A stretch of DNA of 64,000 nt. Source: Candidatus Latescibacterota bacterium. Lineage in GTDB: Bacteria > Latescibacterota > UBA2968 > UBA8231. A program made the position numbers and the translations under genes. This document shows positions 1 to 9,895 of this stretch, piece by piece. Where the stretch lies: the NCBI GenBank assembly GCA_965200315.1, contig OZ241362.1:1024001-1088000 (forward strand), in the 5' to 3' direction. The notes beneath the pieces are model-generated. The model was not told where the DNA came from, made no database searches, and saw only the letters and a program-made list of their open reading frames with translations. Each line of letters begins with the position of its first letter. Position 1 is the stretch's first letter.

Positions 1-1987
1 TCACTTGGCGCAGTTCGATATTCGCCCGCGAAGGCGCGATGAGCCGGATGCGGTCGAATCCTCGGTCTCGAGCAGCGAAGGAGGAGCCGATGAAGAGGTC
101 GAAATCTGCGAGTCCGCCGAGGGGGACACCCCGCTTGGGCTCTATTTCCCCAGCGATGTGCTCTACCAGTGGCGCTGTAAAATGGATTTGAATCGACTCT
201 AGGCTGGCGGCCACTGCCGCGTCTTCACTGAGCAGTCTCGTCTGGATCATCATATAGCGCCGGGGATTGGGGGAGCGTATGACTTCGCCTGGTTTGACGT
301 AGACTTGACTCCAGTTGCTCCAGCCCGGTCCCGGCAGGAACTCGGTAAGGATCTCCCCCCTGTAGAAAGACGGTTGCTTATCGTATTCTTCTTTGTTGGC
401 TACTTCCGTGCCGTCTTTTTTGAAATAGCGGTTTATTTCGCGCAGATCGTCCCCCGTGCGGGTGCGGATTTCCACCGCTGTGCCCGAGGGAGTGTCAGCT
501 TCCCATTCAATGGTCGTCAGTGTCTTGGAACTCCCCAGATCAATGAGGTCGGAAGTCATCTCGAGGATCGGTAAGTGCCCGTTGGCGAAGACTTGGATTT
601 CGGTCACCGTGCTCAGTATCCGGTGCCCTTCATGAGCCCTAGTGCGGCGGGCAATATCTAGGTTGCGGAATTCCAGAAAGCGTATTGGGCGCGGCTCAAA
701 GTGATCCTCAAATAGTCGCGTATTCTGGTTTAGCTGCCGCGTCTCACCACTCAATTCCTCCCAGATTAAACTGCCATCGGGTGCCAGCGAGCCGTCCGAA
801 CCGCGCAATATATAACCAATTAGGTTTCTTCCTCCGACGCGGGTAATGATGCGCACGGCATGGACCAAAAAGTGAGAGCCCAGATTCACGTTCAACAGAC
901 CCCACTCGGCGGTCTCTCCAGTGGGAAAGTAAACCATGCCCTGCCACTCGGTACGCACGTTGCCGTCAACGGCAAGTTCGGGCGAAGAATTGGGATTGAC
1001 GTCGTGTAAATTACCGCCGCGCTCTACGATTCCCAAGGCGATGTTCTCGCCTATAGTCCATACCTCCACCTCGGCGAGTTGAGGTCGTTCGCGGCGGTAA
1101 TAGCGCACCCCGCCCTGCTGCTCAAGTGGCAACTGATCGTAGCGCTCGGCCGTTACTAGACGCTCTTCGCCGGCGATTTTCCAGACGTATTCCACAGTGC
1201 CTTGGTTTTCTGCTGTCAACGCCTGATACTCCTCGGCAGAGAGCTGTTGCGCCCGCTCGCCACGGGTGGCCGTGACCGCGACGCGCAGGTACTGCACAAT
1301 GCGGCCGGTCCACTCTTCTGTATGGGTGCCCAGTGGTGCGAGGTCGAACTCAAAGACTCGCTGGTCGCGATTGGGCTGGGTAGTGCCGCCAACCAATGTA
1401 TAGTCCAAGGCGCCGCTGCGATCCGCCGTGCCAAAGGGGTTTTGCCCCCCTGCCGCATGTACTCTGAATTGCAGAAACGGGTCCCCTTCTTCGGCAAAGC
1501 GTACAACGACCTTGGTGGCTGACACCAGACGGCCAAGATCAATCTCCAACACCCAGTCCCGCAGGGGATCGGCCGGATCTGGCTCCCAAGCTGTAGTCAG
1601 ATCGGCATCCACGGCCCGCTCCGCTAGCTGCGGATTTGAACCAGCCCTTTTGATCCCGCCGCGCGTCAGCAGCGTGTTATTTTCATCTTGGAACGAATTG
1701 GCGTACTGATCTCGCAAGCTGCCATCAATGGGATAGCTGAAGTCGGCCGCATTCAATATGGCGTTGTGCGGTACTTGTATAAATCTGGACTGCACCGAGC
1801 CAGACGGCGTTATGGCCACCATATCCCGCGGAAAATCCCAAGCCTGCCAATGCGCCTGGGTCCGCACCTCCACCCGATTCTCGCCCAGACTGTAACCCTT
1901 CGATTGGGCCCATACCCCGTTTAGAGCCATAAGAAGAAAAAGGACTACAGAACAGAGTGCCTTGGACAAAAGACCCGATTTCCTCAT
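1..1987 (-). CDS. Secreted discoidin (F5/8 type C)-like surface protein, paralog of 3822-5672 and 9896-11914; 3' end runs off the window
   Basis: Absent from the ORF track, consistent with no stop in the window. Manual translation from ATG 1987 (GGAG upstream): MRKSGLLSKALCSVVLFLLMALNGVWAQ signal peptide, AVDADLTTAWEP..WVLEIDLGRLVSATKVVVRF discoidin-like motif; the same frame reads GFDRIRLIAPSRANIELRQV at the window edge, matching the paralogs. Confidence 0.85.
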   Translation of the reverse strand, partial: MRKSGLLSKALCSVVLFLLMALNGVWAQSKGYSLGENRVEVRTQAHWQAWDFPRDMVAITPSGSVQSRFIQVPHNAILNAADFSYPIDGSLRDQYANSFQDENNTLLTRGGIKRAGSNPQLAERAVDADLTTAWEPDPADPLRDWVLEIDLGRLVSATKVVVRFAEEGDPFLQFRVHAAGGQNPFGTADRSGALDYTLVGGTTQPNRDQRVFEFDLAPLGTHTEEWTGRIVQYLRVAVTATRGERAQQLSAEEYQALTAENQGTVEYVWKIAGEERLVTAERYDQLPLEQQGGVRYYRRERPQLAEVEVWTIGENIALGIVERGGNLHDVNPNSSPELAVDGNVRTEWQGMVYFPTGETAEWGLLNVNLGSHFLVHAVRIITRVGGRNLIGYILRGSDGSLAPDGSLIWEELSGETRQLNQNTRLFEDHFEPRPIRFLEFRNLDIARRTRAHEGHRILSTVTEIQVFANGHLPILEMTSDLIDLGSSKTLTTIEWEADTPSGTAVEIRTRTGDDLREINRYFKKDGTEVANKEEYDKQPSFYRGEILTEFLPGPGWSNWSQVYVKPGEVIRSPNPRRYMMIQTRLLSEDAAVAASLESIQIHFTAPLVEHIAGEIEPKRGVPLGGLADFDLFIGSSFAARDRGFDRIRLIAPSRANIELRQV

Positions 1988-2069
1988 AGTCGTCTCCGAA
2001 ATCATCGAGTACTGCACAGGTAAACGGCGTTCCATAACCTATTGTCCCAAGTAAAGACGTACCTACGTG

Positions 2070-3812
2070 TTACGAACCATCGCCCTTGGTTGGGGCTTCC
2101 GAGGCATGGCGCTGTAGGAACGTATCGGGTAGGGCCGCCGCCAACGCGCTGTCAGATACGGCGATCCGCTCTTTGTACTTGTCCAGCAAATCATTGATCA
2201 ATTCCTCGAAAAGTTGCTCTCGCTTCTGTCCACGCACCAAGGCCCGCGCCCTTTTCGCGACTTGAAAAAAGGGGGATAATTCCCCGCCCTCGCGGTTGAG
2301 AACCTTGAAGATGCTGTATCCGCCTTCAACGTGCACCGGGCCGGTGATTTTGTCGAGGTCGGCCGCCTTTACTGCTTTGAAAAGCCGCGGCAGAGTCAAA
2401 CGCTCGTACTCGCCCAGATGCAGTAAGCCATCTTCTTTCTGCATACCTCGGCGGATGGTGTGCTTTTGGGCGAGCATTCCGAGGGTCGCCCCTCGTGAGA
2501 TGGCGCGCAGCAAACCAACGGCTTCCGCCTCGGTCTCGACCAGCACTTCAACGACAATGTATTGGGCCGGCTCCCTGAACAACTCCTCATTGTTCTCGTA
2601 AAAATCCCTAGCTTCCTCCTCGCTCGCCTCGGATTGGTCCATGACCGCTTCCCGACGTAGCTGTTTAATCATGAATTCCGCGCGTATCTCCTCTAAGCGC
2701 TGTTGTCCATCCGCCATCTCCCCCAACCCCGCCCGCTGCGCCGCCTCTGCCAACAAGGCCGGTATCAGAACCAGTTCCCTCGCTGTATCAACCACTTCGG
2801 CACTGTCCCGCACACCCCAGCCGGATAGGGCCCGTATATCCGTCCGCAGGGCATTGAGATAATCTCCCAGAGCGATCTGCCCTCCCTTATAGATGAAGAG
2901 GGGCTGGCCCACCTCTTCGGCGGCCAGATGAGCGAGTCTCACCTGGGTGTGGAGTGTCGCTTTATGCAGTAGAAGTTCTAATCCCTCTGGCACTAGCTGC
3001 ACATCCAACTTGCGGGTAAGGGCCGCGATTTCCGCCCTCTCCTGCTCTAGACGCTTGCGTTCGTAGAGTATAGCGCGAATCTGCTGTCGTTTCTCTTCTG
3101 GCGGAACGGGCTGATCTTGGAGGAAACGCACGATCTGATAGCGCCTACCCATGGGCAGGATCGGGGATAGCTGTCCGTTCGGCAGACTGCGAAACAGCTC
3201 GTCTGGAATCTGCAGCTTGCGGGCCTGATCCAGATCGATAAATCCCAGCACACCCCCTTGGGAAGCTGACCGTTCGTCTATGGTGTATTCGGCGGCCAAT
3301 TGGGCAAAATCCCCACCCGCTTCAAGCTGCTCATAGATTTGCCGTGCTGTGCTGTCCTCTTCCACCAGAATGCCCGCCATCTGACGCTTGCGGTCTAGAC
3401 CACTGTCGGCGAAATAGGCGCGTACCTCCTCCTCGGAAACCTGCACGTTGGATGCTAATGCAATCCGGCGATAGGTGGCGACCAAATGCTGACGCCAGTA
3501 CTGCATCACTTTAGTCTGGACCACCTCGGCGGTATCCAATCCTCGCTCTTTGGCCTCCAGTACGAGCAGGTACTTGCCCAACAGACTGCGCAGGTAGCGC
3601 TTCCGCACTGGGTCTCCCTGCCCCTGAAGGCGCAAGGACTGGGACATCTGGACGACGAAATCGCGCATCTCGGCAGCCGAGATCGACGTGGAATCAATGC
3701 GCACCACCACACCGGGTTCAAGGACGATCTCCGCACCCGGTGAACACGCCGCGAGACTCCACATGAGTACCAGGGCGCATCCTTGCCAAGTCCATGGTTT
3801 TCTGTTGCTCAT
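2070..3812 (-). CDS. Lipoprotein peptidyl-prolyl cis-trans isomerase with two parvulin/PpiC domains (PrsA/SurA-like foldase)
   Basis: Lipobox LAAC; rotamase motifs FAQLAAEYTIDERSASQGGVLGFI and LAQKHTIR..DGLLHL..GPVHVEGGYSIFKV; repeated (V/A)SEEE(V/A)RxF/Y segments. Confidence 0.85.
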   Translation of the reverse strand: MSNRKPWTWQGCALVLMWSLAACSPGAEIVLEPGVVVRIDSTSISAAEMRDFVVQMSQSLRLQGQGDPVRKRYLRSLLGKYLLVLEAKERGLDTAEVVQTKVMQYWRQHLVATYRRIALASNVQVSEEEVRAYFADSGLDRKRQMAGILVEEDSTARQIYEQLEAGGDFAQLAAEYTIDERSASQGGVLGFIDLDQARKLQIPDELFRSLPNGQLSPILPMGRRYQIVRFLQDQPVPPEEKRQQIRAILYERKRLEQERAEIAALTRKLDVQLVPEGLELLLHKATLHTQVRLAHLAAEEVGQPLFIYKGGQIALGDYLNALRTDIRALSGWGVRDSAEVVDTARELVLIPALLAEAAQRAGLGEMADGQQRLEEIRAEFMIKQLRREAVMDQSEASEEEARDFYENNEELFREPAQYIVVEVLVETEAEAVGLLRAISRGATLGMLAQKHTIRRGMQKEDGLLHLGEYERLTLPRLFKAVKAADLDKITGPVHVEGGYSIFKVLNREGGELSPFFQVAKRARALVRGQKREQLFEELINDLLDKYKERIAVSDSALAAALPDTFLQRHASEAPTKGDGS

Positions 3813-3821
3813 GTCTTCTAT

Positions 3822-5672
3822 TCAGTACACTAGGGAGATAGACCCCAGTCGCTCCTCCCGACCACTGCCCGCTTCTACCACGACGCGGTAAATGTATAGT
3901 CCTGGGGCTACCAATTCGCCTTGGTCATCCCGCCCGTCCCAAGCAGTCTGATAAAGCGCGCTCCCCCCCTCTCCAGCACCCAAGGTGCGCACTTGGTTTC
4001 CCGCCAGCGTGTAGATTTCCGTCTCAAGAGGCACGACATCGGTCAGACGCAGTAATGTATAGGCGAACTGCACTTGGTCGTTGACGCCATCTCCATTGGG
4101 TGAGAACGGGTTGGGAACCACTTGCACGGCACTGAGCAGACCGCCCTTGAGCGGCGTGCGGACGTTCAAGGCGTCGCTCAACAACTCGTTCATAGCATCC
4201 CCGGGCATCACACTCTGGGGTACTTCGTCGCTGTCCGCATCCGACACTGCGCCGTTGAAGATCGTTCCATAGTTGAAAACTCGGGCATTGAAATCCACTT
4301 CTAGCAGCGTCTGGTCTTGGTCAATGCGATCAAATTGGATGGCGAACTGGTGGGGCTTTGCCGGATCGAAGCTGGGGGTAAAATCGACTGCTTCGCGGTC
4401 GATGCGCACCTCGTGGATGGCCTCCAGACGGGCGGAAGTGCTTACCTCGAAAACATTGAAACCCGATTGCTCCGTCTCCAGCCGGATTCGCACCGCATAG
4501 GTGAACCGAACCGGATCGGCCGACTCTACAAAAGGAGGGTAGATTTCGCCAATCGCCGCGGAGACTATAGGTGGTTGGGAAAATTCAAAAAACAGCGAGT
4601 CGATCTGCCCTCCAGCCAATCTGGCGGAGGAAAAAGCGATGTGTAATTGCACATACTGCCGGGGGCTGGGAGAGCGAATCTGGATGCCGGCGAGTCCGTC
4701 CGCATACTCATAGGTGTGCCATACGCTCCAGTTTTCCAGATCCTGGGTAATGCCCCCGCGCACATTCTGGGGCATGGCTCCATACTCTTGGCGGCTCATG
4801 GGCCGGCCATTGGCTCCGAATGGCACTTGCTCTCCCCCGACGCCGGTCTTGCGCCAATAGACCTCCGGCTGGTCATCGCTGCCGCTGCGGCTCTGAATGA
4901 CTATTTTCGCTTCTGGATCGAGTTGGCCGTTCCACCAGATGCGTCCCAAACTGGATGTTCGTCCCAAGTTGATCGGGTCGGACAGAAAGGAGGCCTGGGG
5001 AACAAACCCCTGACCGTACACCTCAAACTCAGCCACTTCCCACGTCTCCCCCACTTCCAAGGGATGGAGATAGACATGGCGTGCTATCCGGGGTTCGATA
5101 GCCAATTCGACTACTGGGCTTAAGTTGTCCTGCTCTTCGTGAATCAAGGTCCAGATGAGATTTCCTTTTTCGTTTTTGCTCTCTTCCCTGCCGTCGTTGA
5201 TAGAAAGCCTAAACTGGCGGATCTTGTGCCCCGGATGATCGGCGCGGGGTGCAAAGCGAACCTCTTCAATGGGGAATGGTGCCCCCAGATCGAAGAACAG
5301 CGGCGTAGTATAGAAAAACCCAGGACCGCGAAAGAAATTGATGCGCGGCGGATGTACAAAAGCCGTATTCGAATCGCCATCTACTAGCAACACGCGCTCT
5401 TCTAGCCAATTGGCCGGCAGGGTGTAAATGCTCACCAAGCTGGTAATATCGCCATTTCGCTCGCCCATCGAGGCAATCAGGTTCTCGCCGCTTTCGGCGC
5501 TGAACGGGCGGATGGCACCCGGCACTTTTGCCACATCGATAAAACTCAGGGTGCCGCTTTCACTCCAAGAGTTTCCAGCATGGCCCCCCAGTTGGTAAAA
5601 TTGGCGCGCCTCAGCCCGATAGCCCGCTCCCATCCCCAACGCGGTCAGGACTATAATCAGCACCTGTCTCAT
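3822..5672 (-). CDS. Secreted discoidin-like protein with C-terminal FlgD-Ig / T9SS type B CTD-like domain
   Basis: AGGAGG before ATG 5672; signal peptide; DLGAPFPIEEVRFAPR, EFEVYGQGFVP; C-terminal VVPNPFSPNGDGVND...IYTLAG..VRTL...WDGRDDQGELVAPGLYIY...LVY. Confidence 0.85.
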   Translation of the reverse strand: MRQVLIIVLTALGMGAGYRAEARQFYQLGGHAGNSWSESGTLSFIDVAKVPGAIRPFSAESGENLIASMGERNGDITSLVSIYTLPANWLEERVLLVDGDSNTAFVHPPRINFFRGPGFFYTTPLFFDLGAPFPIEEVRFAPRADHPGHKIRQFRLSINDGREESKNEKGNLIWTLIHEEQDNLSPVVELAIEPRIARHVYLHPLEVGETWEVAEFEVYGQGFVPQASFLSDPINLGRTSSLGRIWWNGQLDPEAKIVIQSRSGSDDQPEVYWRKTGVGGEQVPFGANGRPMSRQEYGAMPQNVRGGITQDLENWSVWHTYEYADGLAGIQIRSPSPRQYVQLHIAFSSARLAGGQIDSLFFEFSQPPIVSAAIGEIYPPFVESADPVRFTYAVRIRLETEQSGFNVFEVSTSARLEAIHEVRIDREAVDFTPSFDPAKPHQFAIQFDRIDQDQTLLEVDFNARVFNYGTIFNGAVSDADSDEVPQSVMPGDAMNELLSDALNVRTPLKGGLLSAVQVVPNPFSPNGDGVNDQVQFAYTLLRLTDVVPLETEIYTLAGNQVRTLGAGEGGSALYQTAWDGRDDQGELVAPGLYIYRVVVEAGSGREERLGSISLVY

Positions 5673-5709
5673 CCAGTGCCTCCTTTGCTCGGTCGCCAAC
5701 TAAGAGAAC

Positions 5710-5741
5710 GGCGGGATTTACAGTCGCCCGTAAATCCCGCC
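5710..5741 (-). terminator. Intergenic hairpin (terminator/mRNA-stabilising stem) after the TWGQIK gene
   Basis: GGCGGGATTTAC-N8-GTAAATCCCGCC, perfect 12-bp stem, followed by GTTCTCTT on the minus strand. Confidence 0.55.
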
Positions 5742-5790
5742 TGAAACTATCCTCCAACTTCTACGGCACAGGCAGTCGAGTCGGCCTTAT

Positions 5791-6663
5791 TCAGAAGGAG
5801 GACTTGATCTGACCCCAAGTGCTGGCCTCGACTCCGGTCGCGCTGGCCTCGGGCAACCCCTCTTCGATGGGTGCCAACAGATAGTCGCCAAATTGATCGG
5901 CATCCCTAGAAGCACCTACGCCACCAAAACCAGACCAATAGGCATCGTCGTAGGAGCCAGGATCGGCATCCTTGTCTCCCCAGTTGACCTCTATACCGAC
6001 CACTGTGCCTTCGACCCAAGCGTGTTGCACACTCTGGTCGGCGCCGTCGGGATGGATGTCGTCAAAGGGCACAATGGTGTACTCGCCGAACATTTCGGCT
6101 GGCTCTTGGGTATTGACGTCGCCGCGGAGAAACTTGCCGGCCCACTCCACGTAAGGGGGCTGGCCAGCCCAGGCTTTGGAGCCATCGATAATCCGGGTAT
6201 AATAACCGGAAGAGCTGAAAATTGGGCCGGCCAAATCGTAGCGTTGGGCGTGGGAACTGGCCCAGCGGGTCTCGAAATCATCCCCTTGGTCGAAGCCGCG
6301 AAAGATGCCGCCGGAGTGATCCCAATCTGTAGTCGTCGACCATTTCTCGGTATCGTTGATGAAGTCGTCGGCAACCCAAGCTGCAAAATAGGCCTTGCCG
6401 TCGTTGATGTTGTAACCCCAAATGAGCGAGGCATTGAAGTCGCTCAGATCCATGGGTGCGCCGAACTGGTTGAACATGGTTTCGGCTTTGATCTTGTACA
6501 CATCGGAGACAATGTCCCAGTCCGACATATCGCCATCCAGTACTGGCGTCAGGTGATCCGGGAACTGGAACATGAACTTCATCTCCCCTTGGTGGCTAAA
6601 AGCCGTGCCGACCATGAGGGCCGAGACCAGTAAAGCAATTGCTGCCTCATTGATTCTCTTCAT
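5791..6663 (-). CDS. Secreted acidic protein with CBM9/sugar-binding-like start and C-terminal STWGQIK motif
   Basis: Signal peptide; PVLDGDMSDW motif; C-terminus ATGVEASTWGQIKSSF; GAGG RBS. Confidence 0.75.
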   Translation of the reverse strand: MKRINEAAIALLVSALMVGTAFSHQGEMKFMFQFPDHLTPVLDGDMSDWDIVSDVYKIKAETMFNQFGAPMDLSDFNASLIWGYNINDGKAYFAAWVADDFINDTEKWSTTTDWDHSGGIFRGFDQGDDFETRWASSHAQRYDLAGPIFSSSGYYTRIIDGSKAWAGQPPYVEWAGKFLRGDVNTQEPAEMFGEYTIVPFDDIHPDGADQSVQHAWVEGTVVGIEVNWGDKDADPGSYDDAYWSGFGGVGASRDADQFGDYLLAPIEEGLPEASATGVEASTWGQIKSSF

Positions 6664-6776
6664 TGCAATACCTCTTTTCAGTTAGTAAGTGGATCTTTGT
6701 GTCTTTTGCTGCCCCAAACGGGGCTGAAACGACGACTGTTTCTCTCTCCTCCTTTCAGCTACCAACAGATCGCCAT

Positions 6777-7158
6777 GTTATATAACTGACGTTACGCAGT
6801 CAGAGCCCCCCGCACCCTCCTGCCGACGCGGCAGGGCGGAACCGAAGCCGAAGTCTGCGACGTAGGGCTTGGTCCGGGGTTCGTCCGCGCCCTGTGTCTT
6901 GTCGGCCCGCCGCGAGCCGACCGAGCCCGCACTCCACAGACTTGCGGTGTGCCACAGCCTTTCTTAACGGACATTCCGCCGGCCTGGCGCAAAAGCGTTC
7001 TCAAAACCTCGTCGGGCAGCTTGGCGGGGCGGTCGAGTCGTCATAGGCATCCGGCGTTTTTCGCGGGCAAGCCCGAAATCGTCGTTTTAGGAACGCTGCT
7101 TAGGAAGGCGGGCTCCCCTAACCAAAACCCGCCGACCGCGGAACATCAGTTATATAAC
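6777..7158. mobile_element. MITE-like non-autonomous element with 25-bp terminal inverted repeats
   Basis: Left GTTATATAACTGACGTTACGCAGTC (6777-6801) and right GACCGCGGAACATCAGTTATATAAC (7134-7158) are reverse complements at 22/25 positions; no convincing ORF inside; internal hairpins. Confidence 0.65.
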
Positions 7159-7199
7159 TGTAATATCAACCTAATTCAACGTTGTGAAGGTCAAACCCA

Positions 7200-9869
7200 C
7201 TAGCGTTCCAGCCCTGCATAGGCCGTCATGAATATCTTGCTAGTCGTGCTAGGGGGCAGATTTTCAAACGTCAGCTTCTGTAGGCGAAATCCCGTCTGTA
7301 GATGGAGTCTGTAGCCCAAGTAATCCGAGGAGTTATTAAATTGCACCGCAACGATGCGACTGAAGGAATCCGGCTCCAAGTCGCGATGGACCGGCACCCC
7401 CTCCTCGTCGTCGCGAAACTGCTTAAAGTGGGACACTTCTAGGCCCAACTCAATGAGCGTATGGGAGAGTAGGGGAATGCGGGCAATTAGAAAAAGCGTC
7501 TCGGTCAACTCGCGGCGCTGCGGGTCGCGCTTGTGCACGGGGAGCTCGCGCAAAAATTCGCTTTTGAAGCGCGGTTCAAGTTCGATGTTTCGCACTGGGA
7601 AAGTGTAATCGACTTTGTTGATGAGACCGATAAAGCTGGCCGTACCGCGCAAGTCGCGCTGAGCCCGGCGCTGGTTGTAGATTTCAGTTTTGAACTTGTT
7701 GATTACGTTCAGGTTCCCTATGAGCATGAAGTCGAACTGTACATAGGAAGTGTTGACCCAGGTGTCGCGGGCCGGGAGCAAATCGAAAACGCGCTGTTGA
7801 GTACCACGGGAATTAGACGGCTGCACCCACTGGAAGAGGTTGTTGGGAATGTCGTCCTCGACCAGCTTGAAGTTGTCGAACACCCGCAAACGGCCCAACT
7901 GGGCAAAATCCCTTTCGTAGGTGAAGAGCAGGTACATGGATTCGTTTTTGCGATCTCCCGCCAGCAGTTTTTCGCGCAAACGCCCGACGGTCAGCCGGGC
8001 CTCGGGCCCAATGTGGGTTCCCACGTAGATATTGTAGCCGCGGTGGTCGCGCCCGTAGGGATAATCGGGGTCTTCGTCGTTCTCAAAGCGGTCTATCCAG
8101 CCGTTGTTGTTCATGTCAACGCCGAAGAGGTATTCGGGTCTATCGGCGTGATAGCGCAGGAAGGGCTCTTCGTAATCGGGAATGAAGTTCTGGCGATCCT
8201 CCGTATCGTTCTGGTTGAAGTCCGAGACGAAATCGTTGTTCTCGTCAAAACCCGGAAAGACCGCATTGTCCGACAGCATACTATAGCGGCTCCAGTCCGG
8301 CCGGCGGTCTTGGTCATCGTTGTCCTCGACGAACTCGTAGATATAGGATATTTCGTCTTCGTAATCGATTTCGTCCTGTCCCCGAGTACCCGCGAGGAAG
8401 GTGCGGGTAGAATAGTCCGCGTCCATGCTATAGCCTTCGAGGAAGACGAACCAAGGATAGGACGCCTTGGACAGGTTGAACATCCATGCCTGGGCGTCGT
8501 TCACCGCCTTGCGATGATCCTTTAGGTTGAGGTTGGGATACTGGCGGTACTGATTATTGAAATCGTACTCCCCGTAAAAGTCAAAACCCCAGACCTTGTT
8601 GGCCTCGAAGGTAACGCCAAGGATGGTATTGGCCGTGGGCAGACCGTAGTCGAATTGCAACAGTCGCTGGTTGGAGTTGTCGCGGATATTGTGCTGGGCC
8701 CGCTCGACCAGCAAGAAGACGGGCTGTGAGTCCCGGTTGGTCTGCCGGTCGGACGTGATTTCCACCTTGTAGTCGTTGGAGATCACCAATTCAAAAGATA
8801 CTCTTTCAATAGTCGTAGGATCGGGCCCGGTGTACAAAGGGTCCGTAAAGTCGTAGGTGAGGGTAATGCGCTCGTCCCCGTCGGCAGCTAAAAACCCTAC
8901 CCGTTGGAACCCCCCTTCGCGTATGGGCTCGAATCCTATGGCACTGCCGCGGAAAACATGGCCGTCCACATCCTCGATGACGATTTCGTCGTCGAACAGG
9001 GCCGCGCCCCCCACTCCGTCGGCGGGCGAGTCGTCCGACAGCCGGATAATGATGCGGGAGATGGGCAGCGCATTCTGGTCGGTGGTTAGAGCCCCGCCCG
9101 CGAAAGGATTGCCGGTGAAATCGTCGAATAGGGTCTGACCTTGGAAGGCGGTCACATAGGTCGCTCCGACCTGGACGAAGTCGCCGACCTGAACGATGCC
9201 CCGCCCTCCCACTAAGTTGGTGACACTGGTCTTCTGATCGGGGATATCCAGAGAAGTGGCCACGGCCGGCCGACTGGGGCGGGCCAGTAGGAGAGTACCT
9301 TGGTACTTGTCGGCAGCAAAGTCCCACTGAATACCGTTGAATGTGGGTTTAGAAAAGGTCATCGGTGTCAAAGTAGTGCGGAGCTCATCGCCAATCGTGA
9401 TGCTGTAGTAGTATTGTCCCTTGTGGTCCGCGGAGACAGCTACTCGGTTGAACCACTGGTTGAACCGGTTGGTCTTGAGGATGCTGCTGCCGAATTGCCG
9501 GGGGCGATCTTGCTGCCAATCGTAGATCAACCAGCCTCGGGTGACCAGATTGCCGAAGAAATCGTAGAAGAAATCGCCCTCCAACGCGGTGTCCACATAG
9601 CGCTGATAGGGCTCGCGGGCGTAGTTGGAGTACTCCCATTGTCTCCACCGGTACTCCTTATACAGTTCTTGAGGGACGTACCATTTGCGTACTGCCGGAT
9701 CCAGCGCGTCGAATAATACCCCCGGTCCTTGCGGGGAAAAATCCACCTTTCCGTCCTGTTTTACTCTACCGAGGCGCGAGTCGGACGCTTGGGCACCAAC
9801 CGGAGTCGGCGCACTCCAGCCTAGCACGCAGAGAACAGCACCTACCACAATCAGATAGTGCTTGTGCAA
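7200..9869 (-). CDS. Large secreted/outer-membrane protein (889 aa), probable beta-barrel with Asp-rich Ca-binding-like loops
   Basis: GAGGAGG RBS, signal peptide, Tyr/Phe/Asp/Asn-rich, many alternating amphipathic strands in the C-terminal third, motifs DNDDQDRRPDW, DENNDFVSD, DMNNNGWID. Confidence 0.7.
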   Translation of the reverse strand: MHKHYLIVVGAVLCVLGWSAPTPVGAQASDSRLGRVKQDGKVDFSPQGPGVLFDALDPAVRKWYVPQELYKEYRWRQWEYSNYAREPYQRYVDTALEGDFFYDFFGNLVTRGWLIYDWQQDRPRQFGSSILKTNRFNQWFNRVAVSADHKGQYYYSITIGDELRTTLTPMTFSKPTFNGIQWDFAADKYQGTLLLARPSRPAVATSLDIPDQKTSVTNLVGGRGIVQVGDFVQVGATYVTAFQGQTLFDDFTGNPFAGGALTTDQNALPISRIIIRLSDDSPADGVGGAALFDDEIVIEDVDGHVFRGSAIGFEPIREGGFQRVGFLAADGDERITLTYDFTDPLYTGPDPTTIERVSFELVISNDYKVEITSDRQTNRDSQPVFLLVERAQHNIRDNSNQRLLQFDYGLPTANTILGVTFEANKVWGFDFYGEYDFNNQYRQYPNLNLKDHRKAVNDAQAWMFNLSKASYPWFVFLEGYSMDADYSTRTFLAGTRGQDEIDYEDEISYIYEFVEDNDDQDRRPDWSRYSMLSDNAVFPGFDENNDFVSDFNQNDTEDRQNFIPDYEEPFLRYHADRPEYLFGVDMNNNGWIDRFENDEDPDYPYGRDHRGYNIYVGTHIGPEARLTVGRLREKLLAGDRKNESMYLLFTYERDFAQLGRLRVFDNFKLVEDDIPNNLFQWVQPSNSRGTQQRVFDLLPARDTWVNTSYVQFDFMLIGNLNVINKFKTEIYNQRRAQRDLRGTASFIGLINKVDYTFPVRNIELEPRFKSEFLRELPVHKRDPQRRELTETLFLIARIPLLSHTLIELGLEVSHFKQFRDDEEGVPVHRDLEPDSFSRIVAVQFNNSSDYLGYRLHLQTGFRLQKLTFENLPPSTTSKIFMTAYAGLER

Positions 9870-9895
9870 AATCCCCCTCCTCGCTTGGCTAGCAT

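Noticed and set aside
5-1924. Short ORFs listed in the track for 1-1.9 kb
   Set aside because: They are shadows of the long minus-strand CDS starting at 1987 that leaves the window.
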